Shown here piece after piece: positions 20,245-29,787 of a stretch of 56,544 bases of DNA (position 1 is its first letter; every line of letters begins with the position of its first letter). The translations under genes and the position numbers were made by a program. The notes beneath the pieces are model-generated. The model saw only the letters and a program-made list of their open reading frames with translations, was not told the DNA's origin and made no database searches. This stretch comes from a virus (Duplodnaviria; Caudoviricetes). The stretch spans positions 1 through 56,544 of IMG/VR virus record IMGVR_UViG_3300027799_000001; one strand, 5' to 3'.

Positions 20245-20314
20245 GATTATAATATACTTTTTTTAAAAGAAAATGTATCATTTTTAATTAAAAAAAATTA
20301 TATTTATAGAAAAG

Positions 20315-21418
20315 GTGGTGATGATGGATAAAAATAATCAAAGTATTATTAACAACATTTTGTATGATATAGTATCAAGTGGTGAAAAAAATATAACAAT
20401 TAATGACTTGTCTCAAATAATTAATTTGAAAAATAACAAACAAATGGTATCAACTATAGCTGAAATTATTGAAAATGAAACCGCTAAAAATTCGAGTTTA
20501 GAAGTAATATCGCAAAAAATAAACGATGTCATTTCTAATACAAAATTTGCTGATAGCAATCAAAGCATACAGCACTGTTCATATGATGTTGCCGAAAATT
20601 TGACATTGGCATATAAAAGATCAATTGGAGAAGATATAAACAATGGGAAAATAATTACTGGCCTCAAAGGTTTGGATGATATCATAGATTCAATTGCATC
20701 GACAGATATGGTAGTAATAGCTGCAAGATCAGGACATGGTAAATCGAGTCTGGCATTGTCTATAGCTCTTAATGTCGTTAATGAAAATAATGGTGTGATT
20801 TTTATCACACTAGAAATGTCACGCAAACAATTGATAGATCGTGCCATAAGTGTAGACACGATGATACCGCACAGACAGATTAAAACAGGATTATTAAATC
20901 AAGAAGAAATAAATTGTGTAGCTAAAAGTATTGTAAAATTAAAATCGAAGCCTCTATATATCAGTGATGGTTGTTCTTTGACTATAAACAATATTAGAAA
21001 TCAAATAAAAAAAATTTCAAACAGAACAAAAATTTCATTAATAATTATAGACTATATACAATTGATTAAAACTGAAAAAGATAGAGAAAATAGGCAGGTT
21101 GAAGTATCAAACATTAGCCATGCAATCAAAAAAATGTCTAAAGAATTAGCCATACCTGTTATAGTTTTAGCCCAATTAAATCGAGCTGTAGATTATAGAA
21201 TAGATAAAAGACCAATAGTTGCTGATCTACGCGAATCGGGTGACATTGAAAATGATGCTGATATGATATTTTTTATATACAGAGAAGGAAAATACAATTT
21301 AGATAAACCTGAACTTAAAGATAAAACAGAAATTATAGTGGCTAAAAATAGAAGTGGTCAATGCGGTTCTACAGAAATAGGCTTCGACGAAAATACTACC
21401 AAATTTTTTAATCTTTAA
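20315..21418 (+). CDS. dnaB: DnaB-like replicative helicase (short N-terminus)
   Basis: AARSGHGKS, IIDYIQL, LAQLNR, DLRESGDIENDAD, AKNRSG. Confidence 0.95.
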   Translation: MVMMDKNNQSIINNILYDIVSSGEKNITINDLSQIINLKNNKQMVSTIAEIIENETAKNSSLEVISQKINDVISNTKFADSNQSIQHCSYDVAENLTLAYKRSIGEDINNGKIITGLKGLDDIIDSIASTDMVVIAARSGHGKSSLALSIALNVVNENNGVIFITLEMSRKQLIDRAISVDTMIPHRQIKTGLLNQEEINCVAKSIVKLKSKPLYISDGCSLTINNIRNQIKKISNRTKISLIIIDYIQLIKTEKDRENRQVEVSNISHAIKKMSKELAIPVIVLAQLNRAVDYRIDKRPIVADLRESGDIENDADMIFFIYREGKYNLDKPELKDKTEIIVAKNRSGQCGSTEIGFDENTTKFFNL

Positions 21419-21745
21419 CAAAAACAAAAATAAAATTTAATATTTGAACACACGTTTAAAAACATGTTCTTATTTAAGCGCTTAAATAAAATTATAGTTA
21501 AATTGGAAATGTTTTTTTATTCTTATTGTTTTTTTTGTTTTTTTTCTTTTTTATCTTCTATAAATATTTAACCTTTAAAAACTTAACGCATAATAATTTA
21601 ATCTAAAAACTAACTGTATAAGATAATCTATCTTATTGTACTGACTAGTAATTTTTTCTTTTCTATTAGCATGTTTTAGTATTGATTCTTATGCAATAGG
21701 ATAAAGAGTAGATTGTAAATGTAAGATATTTATACAAGATAATTT

Positions 21746-22183
21746 CAACCCCGCACTTTGAAAGTGCTACAAAGCGCTAAGGAAGCCCCCCCCCTATCCC
21801 CCCCCATGAAAATTGACTACTGTCAATATCATGGTGTGGATAGCATGCCCCCCTCGGGTTAAGGTTCCCCGAGTACCACATGGAATCCCAACGTTTTATT
21901 GATCTATCAAATCGTGCATCCTACCGTTGTTTTATTGATCACGCACCACCAGTTTTGTGCGTATGTTGTGCTATGTATTCGCTTGGGTTGAGGTACTGCT
22001 TCCCCAATTTCTCCCAGCTTATGGATAATGCAATACAAACATAACACAACTTATTTGGATTGCATGTTGCATTGTGAGCTTTTGTAGCCTATATAATCAA
22101 TATTATCATGACTTTACGCTTTTACCACTTCATCCCTACTCATCCATATAGGACGGCGCGGGGTTCGCCTGCAACTGGCGCAC
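21746..22183 (-). ncRNA. Putative ~440-nt structured non-coding RNA / origin element
   Basis: ORF-free GC-rich island; closing stem 22156-22165 with 21747-21756; several hairpins; G-U pairs favour the - strand; TATAAT 7 nt upstream of G22183. Confidence 0.6.
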
Positions 22184-22287
22184 TATATATATTATAGACA
22201 TTTTTTTATTTGATGTATCACTTTTTTGATTCTTTTTTTAAAAAAAATATTATATTTAACATATACTTTGTCAATTGGATGGATAGT

Positions 22288-22812
22288 ATGAATAAAAAAA
22301 GATGTGTGTCTAATCCTAAAGGTGGTTTTAATAAAACATACAAATTGTCTGTTATTTATACTGATGGGTCGTGCCTTGGTAATGGCAAGTCTAATAATGT
22401 AGGAGGGTGGGCTTACATTATTAATAATAATGGTGTGAGGAATTGTAATAGTGGACGTGTTTTCAACACAACTAATCAGGTTATGGAGCTTACGGCTTGT
22501 TTAGAAGCGTTAAAGTCAGTTCCACCTGACACAACTAATGTAGATATTTATTCAGATAGCGCATACTTGATTAATTGCATGCTGTATAAGTGGTACGAAA
22601 AATGGATTCGCAAAAATTGGATAAATTCTACAGGTGGAAAAGTTGTTAATAGAGATTTGTGGGAACAGATATTACAATATAATAATATTTATATTGTTAG
22701 GTATAAAAAGGTTCACGCTCATTCTGGTGATTTGAATAACGAACGTGTAGATAAAATGGCTAGGGATGCAGCTAAAGGAACAAACTTAGAATACAAGGTG
22801 TGTATATTTTGA
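22288..22812 (+). CDS. rnhA: Ribonuclease HI
   Basis: YTDGSC.GN, TTNQ.MEL.A, IYSDSAY, N.DLW, KV.AHSG...NE.VD..A; start codon uncertain (22210-22288). Confidence 0.95.
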   Translation: MNKKRCVSNPKGGFNKTYKLSVIYTDGSCLGNGKSNNVGGWAYIINNNGVRNCNSGRVFNTTNQVMELTACLEALKSVPPDTTNVDIYSDSAYLINCMLYKWYEKWIRKNWINSTGGKVVNRDLWEQILQYNNIYIVRYKKVHAHSGDLNNERVDKMARDAAKGTNLEYKVCIF

Positions 22813-22824
22813 TGAGGAGAATAT

Positions 22825-23301
22825 ATGATAATAATATGTCCACATTGTGCTACTAAAATAAATGCACGAGACTTGAAATTAGAAACAACGCAAGAATCGG
22901 ATTCGCTTGGTTTGATTAATGAAATAGTTTCATACTGGAATAGTAAAAATATTTTGGGCAAAATACGAAAACCACATACTGCATTACAATTGTCTATAAT
23001 CAAATCTGTTGAAAGATACAACAAGGAGGATGTTAAAAGAAGTATAGATAATTACAATGAAATAATGATGCATCCTGAAACGTACTGGTATAGTTACAGA
23101 TGTAATATGTTAGGATTTTTTCAAATAAGAAAAACTAAAAATTCAATATACGAAGTTTTTTTAGACGAAAATAAGCCACTTGAAAATTTTTCGAGAAGCA
23201 ATACTAGGAGTTTTAGTAGGAAGCAGAGCCGTGGTTGTCTTAATTTACTCGGTGAAATATGTGTTGATTCTAAACCTATCAACAATGGAGGTGACCATTA
23301 A
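22825..23301 (+). CDS. Putative replication initiator-like protein with N-terminal CxxC
   Basis: GAGGAG RBS; CPHC; EIVSYWN...IDNY pattern reminiscent of phage replisome organisers. Confidence 0.45.
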   Translation: MIIICPHCATKINARDLKLETTQESDSLGLINEIVSYWNSKNILGKIRKPHTALQLSIIKSVERYNKEDVKRSIDNYNEIMMHPETYWYSYRCNMLGFFQIRKTKNSIYEVFLDENKPLENFSRSNTRSFSRKQSRGCLNLLGEICVDSKPINNGGDH

Positions 23302-23809
23302 TAAAGATTTGTTTGTTGTTGAATTTGATAAGATGTTAAGATATTATAATCATACAATAGATAATGATATTATAATTAGTGATTATATGCCTTGTTTTGA
23401 AGGTTTAGATGATAGTGAAATGGTTGAGGTGTGTAATATATCAAAAAGAACATTTTTAAAATTTCCACTTTTACCTCAAATAAATGAAACTAAAAGCATT
23501 GTTATTAAAAACAGGACTTGTATTAAAAACAGGATTATTTGCTCAACATTTGAGAACTCAAAAGACATTAAAAATATTATAGATTTTGTTAAAAAAATTG
23601 ATTTGTTTTGTGAGAAAAATGAGTATATTATTATTAAAGACAAGAAGTTTGATTTTGTACCTGGTTCAAAAAATAATTTTTTTAATTATGTTTTAGATTC
23701 TTTTGAAAAGTGGAGTGCCAAAACTGGAAATACTTTTACAAAATATTTAGAAAATTGGATAGATTTTATAGAGGTTCCTAAAAATGAAGAAAAAAACAAA
23801 GGTGTATGA
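23285..23809 (+). CDS. Putative helicase loader/inhibitor-like protein
   Basis: Follows the initiator-like ORF; ..KFP..PQI pattern; start uncertain (ATG 23285 or ATT after GGAGG). Confidence 0.35.
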   Translation: MEVTINKDLFVVEFDKMLRYYNHTIDNDIIISDYMPCFEGLDDSEMVEVCNISKRTFLKFPLLPQINETKSIVIKNRTCIKNRIICSTFENSKDIKNIIDFVKKIDLFCEKNEYIIIKDKKFDFVPGSKNNFFNYVLDSFEKWSAKTGNTFTKYLENWIDFIEVPKNEEKNKGV

Positions 23810-23954
23810 TTATGAAAAAAATGATCCAAAAGAAATACTTGCAGATTGTCTAATTAAAATTGTAGGATACCCTGAAAAACATAATCAGCGTTTAAAGATT
23901 TTAAAACAGATTGAACAACTTAAAATTGAAATAGAGGCACAAATTGGAAGGTAA
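23784..23954 (+). CDS. 56-aa hypothetical protein
   Basis: GAGG RBS; MKKKTKVYDYEKNDPKEILADC...; fills the gap between neighbours. Confidence 0.5.
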   Translation: MKKKTKVYDYEKNDPKEILADCLIKIVGYPEKHNQRLKILKQIEQLKIEIEAQIGR

Positions 23955-24852
23955 GCGCATAGTAAATAATACAAAATTTAATGAAAAAAATTATTTGTAT
24001 TTTATTGGTGATACTCATTTGTCGAATATAAATTGCGATACAGATTTTTTGATCAAAACTATAAAGTATATAGCAAAACAATCTGAGTCAAAAAATGTTT
24101 TTGTTTTTTTAATGGGCGACTTATCTGATTTTATTTCTAATATTGATGATAAGAGGTTTGATTTTAATTCAGTTGGTACTCGTTATAAAATAAGGGATTT
24201 AAAAGATTTTATTCCGTTGCAGGTTGAGGAGATAGTTGATATTTTTAGTCCGATTAAAAAAAATATAGTATCTGCTATATGTGGTAATCATGAGGAAAAA
24301 ATAATACTCAAAACAAACAATAACATATATTGTGGAGCTAATGGTTATTGTACTAAATTAAAAATAACACCAATAGGCAATGTTGGTATGGTTCAAATAC
24401 AAAACTTAATTAATAACAGTCATACCAGAATGACCTATACTATTGCTATGAGTCACGGTTTTGGTGGTGGTTCACATTTGCCAGGTTCAGCGATTAATAA
24501 TTGTGTCAGATTTTATGAGACAATGTTTGGAAATATAGACCTGGGTGTAATGGGGCATATGCATAAATTGTGTCACACTAAACGTAATTATATAGAATTT
24601 ACTGAATCTAGATCTGCTGATAAAGAATTGGTTAATACTGTCCAAGTTCATTACGCAGTTTCAGGGACTTATTTGCAAAAAAGTTTAATAGGTACACACA
24701 ATTACTTCGAAGGAAAACCAGGTGGAAATACTGGAATAGGATGTCTTGAGGTTGCATATCAAATTCATCGCAAAACAATACATAGAAAAGAAACTTTGGT
24801 AAAAAATACAGTCATAAGGTATTTGGATTCGTTGGAGTCATTAAATGAATAA
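23944..24852 (+). CDS. Calcineurin-like metallophosphoesterase
   Basis: GDTH, MGD..D, GNHE, HG, GH.H motifs. Confidence 0.9.
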   Translation: MEGKRIVNNTKFNEKNYLYFIGDTHLSNINCDTDFLIKTIKYIAKQSESKNVFVFLMGDLSDFISNIDDKRFDFNSVGTRYKIRDLKDFIPLQVEEIVDIFSPIKKNIVSAICGNHEEKIILKTNNNIYCGANGYCTKLKITPIGNVGMVQIQNLINNSHTRMTYTIAMSHGFGGGSHLPGSAINNCVRFYETMFGNIDLGVMGHMHKLCHTKRNYIEFTESRSADKELVNTVQVHYAVSGTYLQKSLIGTHNYFEGKPGGNTGIGCLEVAYQIHRKTIHRKETLVKNTVIRYLDSLESLNE

Positions 24853-25498
24853 AAAAAGTAAAAATATTAAAAAAGATAGCATCGATAAATCATTTAAATC
24901 CTTGTCAGCGTTTTGTTGTACAAAAGATAGTTTGGTTTTAAAAAACATTAAATTCGCTACGTATATGGCGAGCAGGAATTATAGATCATCATCAATACCA
25001 TTGGAAGATGCTATAATGGTTGCAATATACGGTATGCTTAAAGCTGAAAAAAAATTTGATGAAAAGTGTGGTGTAAAATTTACAACATTTTCTGCTAATT
25101 ATATTCTAGTTGAATTGAAGGATTATTATTACAGAAATAAACATGTTGTTTGTTTACGCCGCAGTGATATAGAAACAGAAAAAAAATTAACAAGTTCAAC
25201 CTTGAATGATGATGTTAGTTTGGATTTTGAGAATATTGGACATTTTAATATGGTTGAGTGTGATAATAGTAATTATGGCGCTTGTATCGATCAGAATTTC
25301 TTTAAGCTAATTGAAATATGTGAGTATGTTGAAGGATTATCTGATCTTAGTAATGAAGAAAAAGATATTTTAAAAAATATAAAATATGAAGGGCTTGGTA
25401 AAAACAAACTTAAAACAAAATTAATAAAAGATTTATTGGAAAAAGTTAAATCAAAAATAACAAATAAATTTAATATATTAGGTTTGAGTGATATATAA
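24845..25498 (+). CDS. RNA polymerase sigma factor-like protein (region 2)
   Basis: L..N..FA...A..Y, ED.I...G..KA..KFD...G.KF.TF. Confidence 0.85.
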   Translation: MNKKSKNIKKDSIDKSFKSLSAFCCTKDSLVLKNIKFATYMASRNYRSSSIPLEDAIMVAIYGMLKAEKKFDEKCGVKFTTFSANYILVELKDYYYRNKHVVCLRRSDIETEKKLTSSTLNDDVSLDFENIGHFNMVECDNSNYGACIDQNFFKLIEICEYVEGLSDLSNEEKDILKNIKYEGLGKNKLKTKLIKDLLEKVKSKITNKFNILGLSDI

Positions 25499-25500
25499 TT

Positions 25501-25914
25501 ATGGAAAAGATTAAATTTGATCCTGAAGTTTTTAAGAATTTGTGTGCAATGTGTTGCACAACTATTGAAATTTGTTCGGTGATGGGTTTGTCTAAAACAA
25601 CTTTATCCAAGTATTGCAAAGAAATTTTTGGGATGGGTTTGTTAGAATCGCAAAAAATATTTAGAAGCATTGGATATACAAAGCTTCGCAGTGCTGGTTA
25701 TCAAATGGCTTTAGACAATCCCCAGATGTGGAAATTTTTTGCAACGAATTACTTGGTCAATTGTGAAACAGGCAAATTAATGACTGATAAACAATCAATA
25801 GATGTTACAACTGATGGAGAAAAGTTAGGAAGTAAAATTGATGAGTTAACAGACGAACAGAAAATGAAAATTGTTGAAGATTTAAAAGAAAAGGGTATAG
25901 ACATAACTGAATAA
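25501..25914 (+). CDS. Terminase small subunit (putative)
   Basis: N-terminal HTH (CT..EIC...G.S..TL), DKQ.IDVTT.G..L C-terminus. Confidence 0.7.
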   Translation: MEKIKFDPEVFKNLCAMCCTTIEICSVMGLSKTTLSKYCKEIFGMGLLESQKIFRSIGYTKLRSAGYQMALDNPQMWKFFATNYLVNCETGKLMTDKQSIDVTTDGEKLGSKIDELTDEQKMKIVEDLKEKGIDITE

Positions 25915-25925
25915 TAGGGGATTGT

Positions 25926-27140
25926 ATGCTTAGTGTCAATGTAATGTGCACATATGGTGAACATGATATTTTGGTTCGTTGTATTAAATCTGTTTTAGAG
26001 GCTCAGGTTTTTGAATCAATACACATATTGTTACCTACTAATTATTGCAAAGATAATCTTTTGTTTGATGCGGTTGAAAATTGTAATACATTAATTGTTG
26101 ATTCAAATATTAAAATTTATACACATGAATATGAGTGGAATAATGATTTTTCACAAGCAAGGAATTTTTTACTATCTAAAACTAATGAAAAGTATGTTTT
26201 GTGGCTTGATTGTGATGATATAATATCTAAGTTAAATATAGATAAATGGAATGAAATTAAATCACTTGTTAGTTTTCATTGTCCGGATGTTTTGTGTCTT
26301 ACGCATGATTGTTATGATAATATTGGTGTGTTTGATTGTTCACACAAAAGTGGAAAATTAATTAATAAATATACAATGAAATTTGATGGTAAAATACATG
26401 AAGAGCCTGTTAGTATTAAAATGGGAAGTAAAATAAAAACTATTTTTGTGCGTGGGATATCAATAGAACACAGGCCGATTAAAGAACCGTCAAAGAGCAC
26501 AATAAGAAACTATGAAATATTAAAACAAATAAGAAATAATTGCCAAAGTAATGAATCAGACAAGTATGATTTTTTTTATATACGTGAATGTAGTTTGTTA
26601 GGTTACGATGATGAATGTTTGGATCTTAGTATTGATTTTATACTTAATAGGCGCGGCAACACTGTTATGCAATATACTGTTGCTTGTTATTTGAGCTGTT
26701 ATTATCTTGGGCAATATATTAAAATAAAAGAGAATGAAAAATTTATTTCATTAGCAGAAACATATGCGCGAATTGCAATGAGCTATTGTTCAGAAATGGC
26801 TGAGCCTTATGTCTATCTTGGGAGGATTTATATTTTTAAAGGTTTATATAAAGAAGCAATTGATTTTTTAAACAAAGCCTTATCTTCTAATATTGATATT
26901 AATTTTCCTGCGCCCCAAAAAATAAAAATGTACAAAGAAATACCATCTATAATTTTAGCAGAGATTTATTGTGAAATTGAAAATTTTGAAAATGCATTGT
27001 TATATCTTAAATACGCCATGGAAACTAATCGTGATAACAATTTAATTGAGTTAAATACTTATGCATTGCAAAAAATAATTAGTAAAAACATTTCTGCCAA
27101 AACGGTGAGTTGTGATTTTAAAACATTAATACAACAGTAA
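25926..27140 (+). CDS. GT2 glycosyltransferase with TPR repeats
   Basis: WNNDFS.ARN, WLDCDD, G.IHE, helical TPR-like C-terminal half. Confidence 0.85.
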   Translation: MLSVNVMCTYGEHDILVRCIKSVLEAQVFESIHILLPTNYCKDNLLFDAVENCNTLIVDSNIKIYTHEYEWNNDFSQARNFLLSKTNEKYVLWLDCDDIISKLNIDKWNEIKSLVSFHCPDVLCLTHDCYDNIGVFDCSHKSGKLINKYTMKFDGKIHEEPVSIKMGSKIKTIFVRGISIEHRPIKEPSKSTIRNYEILKQIRNNCQSNESDKYDFFYIRECSLLGYDDECLDLSIDFILNRRGNTVMQYTVACYLSCYYLGQYIKIKENEKFISLAETYARIAMSYCSEMAEPYVYLGRIYIFKGLYKEAIDFLNKALSSNIDINFPAPQKIKMYKEIPSIILAEIYCEIENFENALLYLKYAMETNRDNNLIELNTYALQKIISKNISAKTVSCDFKTLIQQ

Positions 27141-27178
27141 TTTTTTTTGTATATAATATAATATATATAGGAGTTAAT

Positions 27179-29350
27179 TTGGAAGACAAAAACAAAGATA
27201 TTGAACAAAAAATAGCTAGCACATTAAATTTGGATCGTGATTTTTTTATTACGACTCCATACGGGAAAAATCTGTCTGTAAATGACATTACTGAGAATCC
27301 ATATAATTATCAATATTGGATTTTCTCAATGTGCAAAACTATTTGTCTTAATTGTTTGAAAATTGATTGGAAAATATGCGATAAAAAAAACAAGAATTTG
27401 TTTTTAGATGATCATGAAGTGACGGAATTGTTGGAATGTCCAAATCCATGGCTTTCAGAGACGGCATTTAAAGAGATGATCATATTGGGTTTATTATTAT
27501 CATCTGGTAAGAATTTCGAAGATACAGGCGGACAAGTTTTTATAGTAGGTGAGAAGAAAAAGGGCAAAGGAAATTTTTGTTTTTTCGACAAGGGTGAAAT
27601 ACCACAAAATTTGTTTTGTTATTGGGAAAAACGTCAACAATATTCTTTCGGAGCTAAATTAGATAAAAATGGAAGTTTTTCACACTGGTGTCTCGAATGG
27701 AATGATAATTGTAAAACAAAAATAGATTTTGAGCCCGGACAAGTTATTAGAGTGAATTTTTTAAATCCGAATAACTGGTACAGAGGCTTGTCATGGTTTA
27801 CTCCAGCCGGTAACCAAACATATCAAGATATTTTGAGTGATGTGTACAATTCAATGTTTTTTGAAAATGACGGTCGTGTTGCTGGTATTTTGAAATTTAA
27901 AGATGAGATGACCGAAGAGCAGTTAAGGCTATCAATGCAACGTTGGAATCAGAATTATGGATCTGCGGGTAGAAATGGCAAAATAGCTGCTCTAGACAAT
28001 GGTGCTGAATATCAACAGTTTTCTCCTACCCACTCTGATATGCAATTTAAAGATTTGAAAGATTTGACGCATTCAAATCTTCTTGCATGTTTTGGATTGA
28101 ATAAAATAGCTTTGGGAAATTATGAGAGTATAAATTTTGCTACTATTAAAGAGGGACGCAGAATGTTATACCATGACACTTATATACCTTTGGTTAAAAT
28201 AATTTTATCTGCATTTAACAATCAATGGATAAGGCACATTGGTAACGGTAATTTAAGATTGGTATATGATGTTTCTAATGTTGATGCAATGATGCCTGAT
28301 TATTCTAATTTACCCGGCCCTTATCAAGCTTTAATAAATTCAGGTGTTCCTCCAGTTGTTGCGGCTAGAAAATTAGGTGTATCATTCACAGAGTCGGAAA
28401 TTGAAGAATACCCTTGGTTAAATGAAAGAGTAAATAATAGTTCATTTGTTTTAAACAAACCGAATAAAGAAAATATAAAAAATGAAGATGAAACTGATGA
28501 TGAAAAAGATGGAAAAAAAAATACCGATAAAATAATTAAAAAAACATTAGATCAAAAAATAGAAAAAAATAGGGTTTATAATAAAAAATTTCAAGATGAA
28601 GAGATGCGACCTATTGAAGAAAGTTTTTTGAATAGATTGTATAAAACGAATGAATGGTTGAATGATCGTTTAGTGGATAAAGTAAATAATTATTACACCA
28701 ATTTAAATTCTAAGAATATTAGTAGTATTGTTATTAAAAGTGACAAAATTGATCCAGAAGAATTCATGCCAAATTTTAAACTTTATAAAATAAAGTTTTT
28801 GGATGATTATAAAAAAATGGTAAAAGATGTTACCGATAAATTGTCAGTAACCTTACCAAATGAAACTAATGGTATTGTTGTTTGGGATAGCAATCCGGAA
28901 AAATGGAAGAGGTACGTTGCTCTTAGAAAAAAACAAATAGAAGAAATACATACTACTACATTTGAAAAGTATAGAGAAAAAATAGGCGAAGCATTAAAAG
29001 AATCGATGGAAAACGATTTGATTTTATCAGAACAAAGGGAATTGATATTAGAGGCGATTTCTGAAACTGGTGAAATCAGAAAAAATCAATCAGTAACAAT
29101 AGCTAGAACAGAAGTTGGTACAGTCACATCTCAAGAAAGGTACGATAGTTATGTAGAAAATGATGTTGAAATGGTTGAATGGTCTGCCTATCATGATGAC
29201 GCTACACGTGACTCACATATAGCTTGTGAACAAGAAGGTCCAATTAGATTGGGAGATAGATTTTCTAATGGTTTGCTACATCCTGGTGATCCTAATGGTG
29301 ATCCTAGTGAAGTAATAAATTGTCGTTGCACATTATTAGTTACACAATAA
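27179..29350 (+). CDS. Portal protein fused to a Mu gpF-like minor head domain
   Basis: HK97-type portal motifs (P.P..S, RGLS, N.GK...L..G); C-terminal IARTE...W....D..TR.SH...PGDP...INCRC. Confidence 0.9.
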   Translation: MEDKNKDIEQKIASTLNLDRDFFITTPYGKNLSVNDITENPYNYQYWIFSMCKTICLNCLKIDWKICDKKNKNLFLDDHEVTELLECPNPWLSETAFKEMIILGLLLSSGKNFEDTGGQVFIVGEKKKGKGNFCFFDKGEIPQNLFCYWEKRQQYSFGAKLDKNGSFSHWCLEWNDNCKTKIDFEPGQVIRVNFLNPNNWYRGLSWFTPAGNQTYQDILSDVYNSMFFENDGRVAGILKFKDEMTEEQLRLSMQRWNQNYGSAGRNGKIAALDNGAEYQQFSPTHSDMQFKDLKDLTHSNLLACFGLNKIALGNYESINFATIKEGRRMLYHDTYIPLVKIILSAFNNQWIRHIGNGNLRLVYDVSNVDAMMPDYSNLPGPYQALINSGVPPVVAARKLGVSFTESEIEEYPWLNERVNNSSFVLNKPNKENIKNEDETDDEKDGKKNTDKIIKKTLDQKIEKNRVYNKKFQDEEMRPIEESFLNRLYKTNEWLNDRLVDKVNNYYTNLNSKNISSIVIKSDKIDPEEFMPNFKLYKIKFLDDYKKMVKDVTDKLSVTLPNETNGIVVWDSNPEKWKRYVALRKKQIEEIHTTTFEKYREKIGEALKESMENDLILSEQRELILEAISETGEIRKNQSVTIARTEVGTVTSQERYDSYVENDVEMVEWSAYHDDATRDSHIACEQEGPIRLGDRFSNGLLHPGDPNGDPSEVINCRCTLLVTQ

Positions 29351-29364
29351 ATAAAGGGGCTTAA

Positions 29365-29769
29365 ATGTCTACGTATACATTTCCGCAAAGAAGAGCGGTA
29401 GAACAAAACAAACCCAATAGTGAAGTTTTAACATCTACATATGCCAATACTCCATTACATGATGTTTTGCCTATTGTTTTAGGTAAAATAGGTTCTGATG
29501 TTCTCAATGAGACATTGACAATAGATACTGTAATAAATAGTGGTGTATCTTTCACAATGCGAAGTAAGGGAGTTACTGATAGACAACTATTGGAATTTGG
29601 GAGACGAGCTTTGCGTGGTATGCTAAATAGTCAAATGACACACATAATAATGGACGAGCCTTCGTTTGATAATATAATGGACGGTTCAACCGATGCCATA
29701 AAGGATAATAGATATTATAACACTATGTTGCGTGTTGTGTGGGTTATAGCTAAGGATATTATAGTATAA
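29365..29769 (+). CDS. Hypothetical virion-module protein
   Basis: ORF with RBS inside the head operon. Confidence 0.55.
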   Translation: MSTYTFPQRRAVEQNKPNSEVLTSTYANTPLHDVLPIVLGKIGSDVLNETLTIDTVINSGVSFTMRSKGVTDRQLLEFGRRALRGMLNSQMTHIIMDEPSFDNIMDGSTDAIKDNRYYNTMLRVVWVIAKDIIV

Positions 29770-29787
29770 AAAACGAAAGGCTTTAAT

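Noticed and set aside
21746-22183. Group II intron (- strand begins GTGCG)
   Set aside because: No recognisable domain V/VI, no intron-encoded protein and no interrupted host gene
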